Shown piece after piece: positions 18,138 through 27,752 of a DNA stretch of 64,000 nt (position 1 is the stretch's first letter; the number at the start of each line of letters is the position of its first letter). Below the pieces are notes generated by a model. That model had not been told where the DNA came from. It made no database searches and saw only the letters and a list, made by a program, of their open reading frames with translations. A program made the translations under genes and the position numbers. Origin of the DNA: Balneolales bacterium (GTDB lineage Bacteria; Bacteroidota; Rhodothermia; Balneolales; HLUCCA01); assembly GCA_024711145.1 (NCBI GenBank), contig JANJTJ010000093.1:4806-68805 (forward strand). Reading direction: 5' to 3'.

Positions 18138-19181
18138 ATGCAACCCATCGTACCCGCATCCAGCGTCCAAGAGACCTACGACCGCATGGCCGCCAAGCTG
18201 TCTCGGTTGATTCCCGAAGCCGAGCTCCGTGTGAAAGCCGAGATCGCCTATGAGATCAACCGGTTGAAGAAGGAGAAGAATGCGGTGATCCTCGGGCACA
18301 ACTACATGGAACCGGCCCTGTACCACAGCATACCGGATTTCGTGGGCGATTCGTTGGGATTGAGCCGGATTGCGGCCAACACCCAGGCCGACCGCATCGT
18401 GTTCTGCGGGGTGCGGTTCATGGCCGAAACCGCCAAGATCCTGAACCCGAGCCGCATGGTGCTCCTGCCCACGCGGGTGGGCGGGTGTTCGTTGGCCTCG
18501 AGCATCACGGCCGAGGACGTGCGCCGGCTGAAGGCCAAATACCCCGGCGTTCCGGTGGTCACCTACATCAATACCTATGCCGATGTGAAGGCAGAGACCG
18601 ATGTGTGCTGCACTTCGGCCAACGCGGCCGACATCGTGCGGAAACTGGACAGCGACGTGGTGATCTGCCTGCCCGACGAGTTCCTGGCCAAGAACATCGC
18701 CAAGGAAACCGGCAAACGGGTGATCTACCCCAGCGAGGCCGCCGGCAGCGACTTCCACGAAGCCATGATCGTCTGGAACGGCCGGTGCGAGGTGCACGAA
18801 CAGTTCCGCCCGGAGGATGTCTGGAATGCGCGGGCCCAATTCCCCGACACCGTGGTGCTGGCCCATCCGGAGTGTCCGCCCGAAGTGGTGGATGCGGCCG
18901 ATTTCAGCGGCAGTACCACGGCCATGGTCCATTTCGTGGCCAACAGCCAGGCCAAACGGTTCCTGCTGCTTACCGAATGCAGCATGAGCGACAACATCGC
19001 CGCCGAGAACCCGGACAAGGAGTTCCTGGGCATGTGCAGTGTGCGTTGCCCGCACATGAACGAGATAACCCTGGAAGACACCCTGGCCTCCCTGCGCGAA
19101 GACCGCGAGCAGATCGAACTCGAGGAGGGCCTGCGGTTGCGGGCCAAACGCTCGCTCGACCGCATGCTCGAACTCTCCTGA
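18138..19181 (+). CDS. nadA: Quinolinate synthase
   Basis: Start MQPIVPASS at 18138. AVILGHNYM, FVGDSL, VRFMAETAKIL and AHPECPPEV are NadA signatures. Confidence 0.9.
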   Translation: MQPIVPASSVQETYDRMAAKLSRLIPEAELRVKAEIAYEINRLKKEKNAVILGHNYMEPALYHSIPDFVGDSLGLSRIAANTQADRIVFCGVRFMAETAKILNPSRMVLLPTRVGGCSLASSITAEDVRRLKAKYPGVPVVTYINTYADVKAETDVCCTSANAADIVRKLDSDVVICLPDEFLAKNIAKETGKRVIYPSEAAGSDFHEAMIVWNGRCEVHEQFRPEDVWNARAQFPDTVVLAHPECPPEVVDAADFSGSTTAMVHFVANSQAKRFLLLTECSMSDNIAAENPDKEFLGMCSVRCPHMNEITLEDTLASLREDREQIELEEGLRLRAKRSLDRMLELS

Positions 19182-19185
19182 AACG

Positions 19186-19211
19186 AAAAAGGGCGCCGAA
19201 GCGCCCTTTTT
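19186..19211. terminator. Bidirectional rho-independent terminator between convergent nadA and the small ORF
   Basis: A5-GGGCGC-CGAA-GCGCCC-T5 (stem 19191-19196 / 19201-19206). The A-run upstream and T-run downstream allow function on both strands. Confidence 0.7.
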
Positions 19212-19230
19212 CAGTAGTCGGACCTGCCGA

Positions 19231-19482
19231 TCACTTGTCGCGGTAGAAGAAGATCTTACCGTTCATGGTGTCTTTGCCGCTGCGGATTTTGCCGTCGTTC
19301 TCGCGGTTGAACGTGTACACCACGTTACGCATGGAGTTCAATTCCTTATCGCTCGTATAGCTTACTTCGATGGCGTCTCCACCGGGTACCAATTGGCCGA
19401 GGGCGTCGATGAGAGGTTTGAATTTGGACGAACTTTTCTTCGTCGTTTTCATCTCGGAACGCTTGATCGTGCGGATTTTCAT
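19231..19482 (-). CDS. Hypothetical small Lys-rich protein (83 aa)
   Basis: MKIRTIKRSEMKTTKKSSSKFKPLIDALGQLVPGGDAIEVSYTSDKELNSMRNVVYTFNRENDGKIRSGKDTMNGKIFFYRDK. No family recognised. G+C is clearly lower than in the neighbours. A terminator lies downstream and an AT-rich gap upstream. An alternative start at Met11 is possible. Confidence 0.5.
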   Translation of the reverse strand: MKIRTIKRSEMKTTKKSSSKFKPLIDALGQLVPGGDAIEVSYTSDKELNSMRNVVYTFNRENDGKIRSGKDTMNGKIFFYRDK

Positions 19483-19578
19483 AAGGTAACGTTATTGTTT
19501 AGATGATGTAGATACACAACCCTACCCGAATATAGGTATTTGTGCCAATTCATATCAATATGAAATTGGTAAAATATC

Positions 19579-20580
19579 CTAAGGTACCATCACAGTTCCG
19601 AGCAGACGATCGATCACGTCGTCGGACGATACGTTTTCGGCTTCGGCTTCGTAAGACAGGATCACACGGTGCCTCAATACATCATGTGCAACCGCACGCA
19701 CGTCTTCGGGAGTCACATAGGCGCGTTGTTCCAGGAATGCATGCGCTCGTGATGCCAGGTTCAGATTGATGCTGGCCCGTGGCGATCCTCCGTATTGGAT
19801 GAGCGGAGCCAGTTCCGGTGCGTTGTACTGGGCGGGTTTGCGTGTGGCGAACACCAGATCGATGATGTAACGCTCCACTTTCTCGTCCATGTAGATGTCT
19901 TGCACCACCTTGCGGGCCTCGAGAACGGCTTTCGTCTTGACGACCGATTTGAGCGGGGCCCGCCGTTCGGTACGGGCCATGCGCCGCATGATGTCCAGTT
20001 CCTGGGCTTCGGTGGGGTACCCGATCCGGATCTTGAGCATGAACCGGTCCACCTGGGCTTCGGGCAGGGGGTAGGTGCCTTCCTGCTCCACGGGGTTCTG
20101 CGTGGCCAGCACCAGAAAGGGATTGTCCAGTTTGAAGGTGGTGTCTCCGATGGTGACCTGCCGCTCCTGCATGGCTTCGAGCAGGGCGCTCTGCACCTTG
20201 GCGGGCGACCGGTTGATCTCGTCGGCCAGGATGATGTTGGCGAAGATGGGCCCTTTCTTGACGGTGAATTCCCCTTCTTTCTGATTGAAGATGAGGGTAC
20301 CGATGAGGTCGGCGGGCAGGAGGTCGGGCGTGAACTGGATGCGCTGGAAGCGGGTGTCGAGCACTTGGGCCAGGGAGGAAACCGTAAGGGTTTTGGCCAG
20401 ACCCGGAACCCCTTCGAGCAGGACGTGCCCGTCGGTGAGCAGGCCGATGAGGAGGCGGTCGATCATGTACTCCTGGCCCACCACCACCGAAGACAGGGCG
20501 GTGCGGACCTCGCCCACGAAGGCGCCGGCTGTGGTGATGCGCTCCTTGAGCGCCTGCATATCTACGGTGTAATACTGCAT
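19579..20580 (-). CDS. MoxR-family AAA+ ATPase
   Basis: Start MQYYTVDMQ (CAT 20578-20580). VVGQEYMIDRLLIGLLTDGHVLLEGVPGLAKT (Walker A), ILADEINR (Walker B), LEAMQERQVT, and a C-terminal lid region. Confidence 0.9.
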   Translation of the reverse strand: MQYYTVDMQALKERITTAGAFVGEVRTALSSVVVGQEYMIDRLLIGLLTDGHVLLEGVPGLAKTLTVSSLAQVLDTRFQRIQFTPDLLPADLIGTLIFNQKEGEFTVKKGPIFANIILADEINRSPAKVQSALLEAMQERQVTIGDTTFKLDNPFLVLATQNPVEQEGTYPLPEAQVDRFMLKIRIGYPTEAQELDIMRRMARTERRAPLKSVVKTKAVLEARKVVQDIYMDEKVERYIIDLVFATRKPAQYNAPELAPLIQYGGSPRASINLNLASRAHAFLEQRAYVTPEDVRAVAHDVLRHRVILSYEAEAENVSSDDVIDRLLGTVMVP

Positions 20581-20623
20581 ATCTTGGTTTTTACCCGAAT
20601 TTCGACCAAAGATAGCACCCCAC

Positions 20624-21406
20624 ATGGATATTCTGGAGGCCCTCATCCTGGGCATCGTTCAAGGCATCACCGAGTTCCTTCCCATCAGCAGTTCGGGTCA
20701 TCTGGTGCTGGCGCAAGCTCTCATGGGTCGGGAACTGGGGCAGGGCGTCACCTTCGAAGTGATGGTGCACGCCGGGTCGCTGGTGAGCATCCTGGTGTAT
20801 TTCAGGGACCGCATCGGCCGGTTGCTGGCGGGCATGTGGCGGCGCGAGGCCGCCGAGCTGCGCATGGCCGGGTTCATCCTGCTGAGCATGGTGCCGGCGG
20901 GGGCCATCGGCCTGACGCTCGAAGACCAGATCGGCGCGTTGTTCTCGAATCCGGTGTTCGTCTCGGCCGCCCTGCTGGTCACCGGCGGCATCTTGTGGTC
21001 CACCCGGTACGCTCCGGCCTCGGGCAGCGGCAGTATGACGGCGGGCAAGGCCTTCGTGGTGGGATTGGCCCAGGCGTTCGCCATCCTGCCTGGCATCAGC
21101 CGGTCGGGTTCCACCATGTCCATGGGAGCCTGGTTGGGCCTCAAACGCGACGAATTGGCCGATTTCAGCTTCCTCATGGTACTGCCGGTGATCGGAGGAG
21201 CCACCTTGCTGAAACTGAGGGATGTGGCCGAAACCGGGCTTCAGGCCGGAGAAAGCGGACAACTGGTCGCCGGGTTTCTGGCATCGGCGGTATCGGGTTA
21301 TTTCGCACTGAAAGCGCTGATCGCCGTTTTCAAGAAAAAAGGCCTCGATCCGTTCGCCTGGTATTGCTGGATCGTGGGGGTGCTCGGGTTGGTAGCCTTC
21401 GGGTGA
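20624..21406 (+). CDS. uppP: Undecaprenyl-diphosphate phosphatase
   Basis: MDILEALILGIVQGITEFLPISSSGHL... and PGISRSGSTM, both BacA/UppP signatures. Confidence 0.9.
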   Translation: MDILEALILGIVQGITEFLPISSSGHLVLAQALMGRELGQGVTFEVMVHAGSLVSILVYFRDRIGRLLAGMWRREAAELRMAGFILLSMVPAGAIGLTLEDQIGALFSNPVFVSAALLVTGGILWSTRYAPASGSGSMTAGKAFVVGLAQAFAILPGISRSGSTMSMGAWLGLKRDELADFSFLMVLPVIGGATLLKLRDVAETGLQAGESGQLVAGFLASAVSGYFALKALIAVFKKKGLDPFAWYCWIVGVLGLVAFG

Positions 21407-21443
21407 ATGCGGTATCTTTGACCGCTCAAAACCAACGGTCCTC

Positions 21444-21958
<515 letters not shown>

Positions 21959-21962
<4 letters not shown>

Positions 21963-22261
21963 TATCCCTGCCCTGGTTCCTGGGCCTGAGCGCGGTGCTG
22001 TTCACGATCGGCACCATCGGGGTCCTCATCCGCCGGAACGCCGTGGTCATGTTCATGAGCGTCGAGCTCATGCTGAACGCGGTGAACCTCTCGCTGGTCG
22101 CCTTCAGCGCCCATTTCGGTGACGTGCACGGGCAGATGCTCGTGTTCTTCGCCTTGTGCGTGGCCGCGGCCGAAGCCGCCGTGGGTCTGGCCATCATCAT
22201 CGCCATCTTCCGGAACAACCTGTCGGTGGACATCACGAAAATCAATCTGTTGCGCTGGTGA
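21959..22261 (+). CDS. nuoK: NADH-quinone oxidoreductase subunit K
   Basis: 100 aa. ...[24 protein letters not shown]...[12 protein letters not shown]... Confidence 0.95.
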
Positions 22262-24273
22262 TGAACGCTTCCCAATTGTTGCCCCTCATCGTAGCCCTGC
22301 CGCTGGCCGGGTTCCTAGTGAACGGCCTGGCCGGCATGTACCTGCCCGGGTACCGCGAGCGGAAGAACTGGATCGGGTGGTTCGCCACCGCCATGGTCTT
22401 CGTGCCCTTCCTGGCCAGCGTCACCCTGTTCATGGGTCTGGAGGCCGACAGCCGTCCGGTCACCTACCACCTGATGACCTGGCTGCAAGCCGGATCCTTC
22501 ACCAGCGACATCGCCTGGAGGGTGGACCAGCTCTCCGTGGTCATGATGCTCTTCATCACCGGTATCGGCTCGCTCATCCATCTGTATTCCATGGGATACA
22601 TGAAGGAAGACGAAGGCTATTGGAAATTCTTCGCCTATCTGAACCTGTTCATCTTCGCCATGCTGAACCTGGTGATGGGCGACAACCTGCTGTTGCTGTT
22701 CCTGGGTTGGGAAGGGGTGGGTGTGTGTTCCTACCTGCTCATCGGGTTCTGGTACAAAGACATGGAGAAGGCCAGCGCCGCCAAAAAGGCATTCGTGTAC
22801 AACCGGGTGGGCGATTTCGCCTTCCTGGTGGCCATGTTCCTGGTGTTCCGGCACGTGGGCAGCCTGCAATTCGATGCCATCTTCGCCAATCTGGACGGCA
22901 TTCCGGCCGATGCGGCCTTCTGGATCGGGTTGCTGATGTTCATCGGGGCCACGGGCAAATCGGCCCAGATCCCCCTGTTCGTGTGGTTGCCCGACGCCAT
23001 GGCGGGCCCTACGCCGGTCTCGGCCCTCATCCACGCGGCCACCATGGTCACTTCGGGCATCTACCTGATCTCCCGCATGTCGGCCATCTACGTGATGACG
23101 CCCGAGGTCATGCTCATCGTGGCGGTCATAGGGGGCATCACGGCCTTCGTGGCGGCCACCATCGCCCTCACGCAGACCGACATCAAACGGGTGCTGGCCT
23201 ATTCCACCGTATCGCAGCTGGGCTTCATGTTCCTGGCGCTGGGTTCGGGCGGGTTCATCGCCGCCATGTTCCACGTGATCACGCACGCCTTCTTCAAGGC
23301 CTGCCTCTTCCTGGGTTCGGGCAGTGTGATCCACGCCATGCACCACGTGGAGCACGAATTGGACCACCACGGCAAACACGTGCATTTCGATCCGCAGGAC
23401 ATGCGGAACATGGGCGGGTTGAAGGCCTACATGCCCAGCACCTACAAGACCTTCCTGATTGCGACCATCGCCATCGCGGGCATTCCGCCACTGGCCGGCT
23501 TCTTCTCGAAAGACGAGATCCTGGCCATGCTGTACAATGCGGGCGCGTTCTACCAACCCGTGTATTTCGTGCTCTTCGGGTTGGCGCTGGTAACGGCCTT
23601 CCTCACGGCCTTTTACATGTTCCGCCTCACCTTCGGCACCTTCCACGGCACCTTCCAACTGTCCAAACGGTACCCCGAAGCGGCCGGTGCCGAGAAGTAC
23701 CTGCACGAATCGCCCTGGCACATGACGCTTCCGTTGTGGGTGTTGGCCGTCTTGTCCCTGGTGGGCGGTTTCATGGGCTTCCCCGATTTCATCGTGCAGA
23801 CCTTCGGCAACCCGGACGCGCACAGCAACTGGTTGCACGGGTGGTTGATCGGTGGCATAGCCGAGTACGATCTGGCTCTGGCCAAACCCGTGAAATGGAC
23901 CATCCTGCTGGCATCCACGGCCCTGGCATCGTTCGCGGTCTGGCTGGCCTACCAGCGGTACACCGGCGACCGCGCCGCCGAGTCGGATGCCGCCCTGCAA
24001 CGCGGTTTGGGTGGTGCCTACCGCCTCTGGAGCGACAAATACCGCCTCGACGAGATCTACGAGGGGTATGTGGCCAATCCCATCCTCAAACTCAGCGACA
24101 AGGTGCTGGCGGTCTTCGATCTGAAAGGCATTGACGGCCTGGTCAACCTTGTGGCCGGCCTGACCAACTTCACCGGCAGCATTCTGCGCTATGCCCAAAC
24201 GGGCCTGGTTTCGGGATATGCCATGTATCTGGTGGTCGGCGTGTTGCTGGTCGTCGGACTCCTGCTGTTCTAA
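22261..24273 (+). CDS. nuoL: NADH-quinone oxidoreductase subunit L
   Basis: Start [23 protein letters not shown] at 22261, sharing one nt with the nuoK stop. Antiporter-like subunit motifs: GWEGVGVCSYLLIGFW, KSAQIPLFVWLPDAMAGPTPVSALIHAATMV. Confidence 0.9.
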   Translation: MNASQLLPLIVALPLAGFLVNGLAGMYLPGYRERKNWIGWFATAMVFVPFLASVTLFMGLEADSRPVTYHLMTWLQAGSFTSDIAWRVDQLSVVMMLFITGIGSLIHLYSMGYMKEDEGYWKFFAYLNLFIFAMLNLVMGDNLLLLFLGWEGVGVCSYLLIGFWYKDMEKASAAKKAFVYNRVGDFAFLVAMFLVFRHVGSLQFDAIFANLDGIPADAAFWIGLLMFIGATGKSAQIPLFVWLPDAMAGPTPVSALIHAATMVTSGIYLISRMSAIYVMTPEVMLIVAVIGGITAFVAATIALTQTDIKRVLAYSTVSQLGFMFLALGSGGFIAAMFHVITHAFFKACLFLGSGSVIHAMHHVEHELDHHGKHVHFDPQDMRNMGGLKAYMPSTYKTFLIATIAIAGIPPLAGFFSKDEILAMLYNAGAFYQPVYFVLFGLALVTAFLTAFYMFRLTFGTFHGTFQLSKRYPEAAGAEKYLHESPWHMTLPLWVLAVLSLVGGFMGFPDFIVQTFGNPDAHSNWLHGWLIGGIAEYDLALAKPVKWTILLASTALASFAVWLAYQRYTGDRAAESDAALQRGLGGAYRLWSDKYRLDEIYEGYVANPILKLSDKVLAVFDLKGIDGLVNLVAGLTNFTGSILRYAQTGLVSGYAMYLVVGVLLVVGLLLF

Positions 24274-24289
24274 TCCACCGAATACCCGA

Positions 24290-25888
24290 ATGGATCTTCT
24301 GAACCTCTCCCTGTATCTGCCCCTGGCCGGCCTGCTCGGCATCTGGGCCGTACGCCGGAACGAGTCGCTGGTGCGGTGGGTCACCCTGCTGACCACCGTG
24401 CTGGCGTTCGCCGCCTCCCTGCCCCTGCTGTTCAATTTCGACATCAGCCGGGCGCACGAACTTCAATTCCTGACCGAAGGCGGGCGTTTCGTACCCGATC
24501 TGGACATCAGCTACCTGGTTGGATTGGACGGATTGAGCCTGTTGCTCTATCTGCTCACCACCTTCATGGCGCCCATCGTGGTCATTTCCGCATGGGATTC
24601 GGTCCACAAGCACGTGACCGGATTCCACAGCATGCTCCTGCTGCTGCAGACCGGGTCGTTGGGCGTTTTCGCCGCCCAGGACGCCGTCCTCTTCTATGTC
24701 TTCTTCGAGCTGAGCCTCATCCCCATGTATTTCCTGATCGGAATCTGGGGCGGTTCGGGGCGCATCGCGGCCACACTCAAATTCTTCGTGTACACCCTGG
24801 TGGGTTCGCTCATCATGCTGGTGGCGCTCATCTACACCGGGTATGATGCGGGCCATGCCGTGAACGGGGGTGTCTTCACCTCGGACATGCGGATCTGGAC
24901 CGGTGCCGAGTATCAGATCGGGTTGGTCCAACAGACCTGGCTGTTCCTGGCCTTCGCCCTGGCGTTCTGCATCAAGGTGCCGTTGTTCCCCTTCCATACC
25001 TGGTTGCCCTTCGCGCACACCGAGGCGCCCACGGCCGGTTCCGTGGTGCTGGCCGCCATCATGCTGAAAATGGGGACCTACGGCCTCATCCGGTTCGTAT
25101 TGCCCATGTTCCCCAACGCATCCGAAGCCTTCGCCCCGCTGATGGGGACCCTGGCCGTGATCGGCATCGTGTATGGCGCCCTGGTGGCCATGGTGCAGAA
25201 AGATGTGAAGAAACTGGTAGCCTATTCGTCGGTGAGCCACCTGGGCTTCGTGGTGCTGGGCATCTTCGCCATGACCACTACCGCCGTGCAAGGGGCGGTG
25301 ATCCAGAACATCAACCACGGTCTGAGCACGGGCGCCTTGTTCCTGTTGGTCGGCATGATCTATGACCGCCGCCACACCCGCATGATTGCCGATTTCGGGG
25401 GTATCGCCAGCAGCATGCCCGTCTTCGCGGTCATGTTCATGGTCGCCACCATGGCGTCGGTCGGGTTGCCGGGTCTCAACGGGTTCGTGGGCGAGTTCCT
25501 CATCCTGCTGGGCTCGTTCGATTCGGCCGCCTTGGGCAGCATCTGGTTCACGGTGGTCGCCACCACGGGGGTCATCCTGGCCGCCGTGTACATGTTGTGG
25601 ATGGTGCAGCGGGTGTTCTTCGGCCCAATGACCCACGACGAGAACAAATCGTTGACCGACCTGGATGCCCGGGAAACCGGATTGCTCATCCCCATCATGA
25701 TCTTCATCGTGTGGATCGGGGTGTATCCATCCTTGTTCACCGGCTATTCCGAAGGCCACATCCGGCATCTGCTGGAACAATCCAAACTGAAAGCGGAGCG
25801 CGTGCTCGCGGCCACCGAAACGGCAGCGTTGCCGGCTTGGGCCCGCGACCTGTACGACGCCACCGAAGACCTCGCCGCTACCAAGTAA
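24290..25888 (+). CDS. nuoM: NADH-quinone oxidoreductase subunit M
   Basis: Start MDLLNLSLYLPLAG at 24290. FELSLIPMYFLIGIWGG, KVPLFPFHTWLPFAHTEAPTAGSVVLAAIMLKMG. Confidence 0.9.
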   Translation: MDLLNLSLYLPLAGLLGIWAVRRNESLVRWVTLLTTVLAFAASLPLLFNFDISRAHELQFLTEGGRFVPDLDISYLVGLDGLSLLLYLLTTFMAPIVVISAWDSVHKHVTGFHSMLLLLQTGSLGVFAAQDAVLFYVFFELSLIPMYFLIGIWGGSGRIAATLKFFVYTLVGSLIMLVALIYTGYDAGHAVNGGVFTSDMRIWTGAEYQIGLVQQTWLFLAFALAFCIKVPLFPFHTWLPFAHTEAPTAGSVVLAAIMLKMGTYGLIRFVLPMFPNASEAFAPLMGTLAVIGIVYGALVAMVQKDVKKLVAYSSVSHLGFVVLGIFAMTTTAVQGAVIQNINHGLSTGALFLLVGMIYDRRHTRMIADFGGIASSMPVFAVMFMVATMASVGLPGLNGFVGEFLILLGSFDSAALGSIWFTVVATTGVILAAVYMLWMVQRVFFGPMTHDENKSLTDLDARETGLLIPIMIFIVWIGVYPSLFTGYSEGHIRHLLEQSKLKAERVLAATETAALPAWARDLYDATEDLAATK

Positions 25889-25889
25889 C

Positions 25890-27299
25890 ATGGACCTGCT
25901 GCACGACCTTTCCTATTTCTGGCCTGCCGCCATCACCAGCATCGGCGGTTTGGCCGCCATGATGGCCGCCGCCTTCAAGACCGACATGCGTTGGGTGAAC
26001 GCGGTAGCCGTGTTCACCGCCTTGTCGGCCACCGTGGTGGCCGCATCCGACCTGGTGGCCGGTCATAGCGGGTTGCTCTTCTCGGGCATGGTGGCCCATG
26101 GGGGTACCGCCGCCTTCGGCACCTTCGTGGTGAGCCTGGGCACCTTGTTCACCCTGGTGCTGAGCCGCAGCTATCTGGAGAAGATCGGGCACCATTACGC
26201 CGAGGTGTACGCCCTCATCCTGTTCGCCACCACCGGCATGATCGTGTTGGCTTCCGCCACCGACCTGGTAGCCCTGTTCGTGGGTCTCGAAACCATGTCG
26301 GTGTGTCTGTACGTGTTGGCCGGCCTCGTGCGCGAGCGGAAAACCGGTATCGAAGCCGCGTTGAAATACTTCCTGCTGGGCGCGTTCTCCACCGGTTTCC
26401 TGTTGTACGGCATCGCATTGCTGTACGGAGCCACCATGTCCACCTCCCTGGATGTGATCGCCGCCACCACCGACAAAGGAGGCCTGTACTGGGCCGGCGT
26501 GGGGCTGCTACTGGTCGGGTTCCTGTTCAAGGTATCTGCGGTACCCTTCCACATGTGGACCCCCGACGTATACCAGGGTGCTCCCACCACCATCACCGGT
26601 TACATGGCCACCGCGGCCAAAACCTCGGCGTTCGTGGCCTTCATCCTGGTGTTGGGCCGCGGCCTGCAGGGCAGTGTGGAGCAATGGGCACCGGTGCTCG
26701 AAATCGTCGCCCTGCTCACCATGATCGTGGGCAACCTCATCGCCCTGGTGCAGCACGACGTGAAACGCATGCTGGCCTACTCCAGCATCGCCCACGCGGG
26801 CTACGCCCTGGTCGGCCTGACGGCGGGCACGCTGAGCGGCTACGATGGCGTGCTGTTCTATCTGTTCGCCTACACGCTCATGAACATCGGCGCCTTCGCG
26901 GTGTTGGCCTATTATGAAACGGCCGACGGCCAGGAACGCTCCACCTTGGAACAATTCGCCGGGTTGGGCTGGCAGCAACCCGCATTGGGTGTGGCCTTGT
27001 CCATCTTCCTGTTCTCCCTGGCCGGCATGCCGCCCTTCGCCGGGTTCGCCGGGAAATACCAGGTCTTCGCCGCCGCCATCGAACAAGGCTACATCACGCT
27101 GGCGCTGGTCGGGGTACTCACATCGGCCGCCGCCGCCTTCTACTACATCCGCGTGATGGTGTACCTGTACTTCAAATCACCCGAACAACCCGTGAGCCTG
27201 CCGGCGGTGGACCGCCTCTACGGTTGGACCATCCTGCTGCTGGCCGGCCTCACCATCCTGTTCGGCGTGATGCCCTCGTTGATTGTGAATCTGTTCTGA
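25890..27299 (+). CDS. nuoN: NADH-quinone oxidoreductase subunit N
   Basis: 469 aa. GLETMSVCLYVLAG, KVSAVPFHMWTPDVYQGAPTTITGYM. Confidence 0.9.
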   Translation: MDLLHDLSYFWPAAITSIGGLAAMMAAAFKTDMRWVNAVAVFTALSATVVAASDLVAGHSGLLFSGMVAHGGTAAFGTFVVSLGTLFTLVLSRSYLEKIGHHYAEVYALILFATTGMIVLASATDLVALFVGLETMSVCLYVLAGLVRERKTGIEAALKYFLLGAFSTGFLLYGIALLYGATMSTSLDVIAATTDKGGLYWAGVGLLLVGFLFKVSAVPFHMWTPDVYQGAPTTITGYMATAAKTSAFVAFILVLGRGLQGSVEQWAPVLEIVALLTMIVGNLIALVQHDVKRMLAYSSIAHAGYALVGLTAGTLSGYDGVLFYLFAYTLMNIGAFAVLAYYETADGQERSTLEQFAGLGWQQPALGVALSIFLFSLAGMPPFAGFAGKYQVFAAAIEQGYITLALVGVLTSAAAAFYYIRVMVYLYFKSPEQPVSLPAVDRLYGWTILLLAGLTILFGVMPSLIVNLF

Positions 27300-27369
27300 G
27301 ACCCGTATCTTTCGGCCCCTGTTGGCGGAACCCCCGTCGACTGTTTTACCCAAACACCCGAAGGATACA

Positions 27370-27744
27370 ATGGCTGGTCAGTATTACGAGTTGACGTACA
27401 TCGTCAACCCGGTCCTGGAAGAGGACCAATTGAAAGCCGTCGTTGACCGTTACACCGCGTTTCTCACCGAGAACGGGGCCACGGTCGACGAGGTGCAGGA
27501 GTGGGGGATCAAGTCCCTCGCCTATGAGATTCAGAAGAAGAGCAGCGGCTATTTCGTGAATCTGTATTTCGAAGGGCCGGGCGCCATCGTGGCCAAAGTC
27601 GAGCGTCAGATGACGATCGACGACAACGTGATCCGGTTCCTGACCATCAAGTACGACAACAAGATGTTGGCGTACCGTGAATTGCAGAAGAAAGGGCAGA
27701 CCCCGGTGCTGCGCGAGCGCAACGAAGAAGAGCAGAAAAACTGA
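27370..27744 (+). CDS. rpsF: 30S ribosomal protein S6
   Basis: Start [14 protein letters not shown] at 27370, with AAGGA 5-9 nt upstream. [12 protein letters not shown] motif and an acidic C-terminal tail. Confidence 0.9.
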   Translation: MAGQYYELTYIVNPVLEEDQLKAVVDRYTAFLTENGATVDEVQEWGIKSLAYEIQKKSSGYFVNLYFEGPGAIVAKVERQMTIDDNVIRFLTIKYDNKMLAYRELQKKGQTPVLRERNEEEQKN

Positions 27745-27752
27745 GGTACCCC

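Noticed and set aside
16013-18148. 711-aa minus-strand ORF opposite rpsA
   Set aside because: It is the mirror of a well-supported ribosomal protein S1 gene. The product is repetitive (H/F/G/V/D-rich) and shows no sign of a real protein family.
19231-19578. Low-G+C patch as a mobile element or genomic island
   Set aside because: It is only about 350 nt. It has no integrase, transposase, tRNA, direct repeats or inverted terminal repeats. I kept it as a composition anomaly only.
22315-24444. 709-aa minus-strand ORF opposite nuoL/nuoM, and similar plus-strand out-of-frame ORFs (22119-24134)
   Set aside because: These overlap the conserved complex I antiporter-like subunits in other frames or on the other strand. 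Their Arg/Gly/His/Pro-rich composition is typical of GC-driven spurious ORFs.
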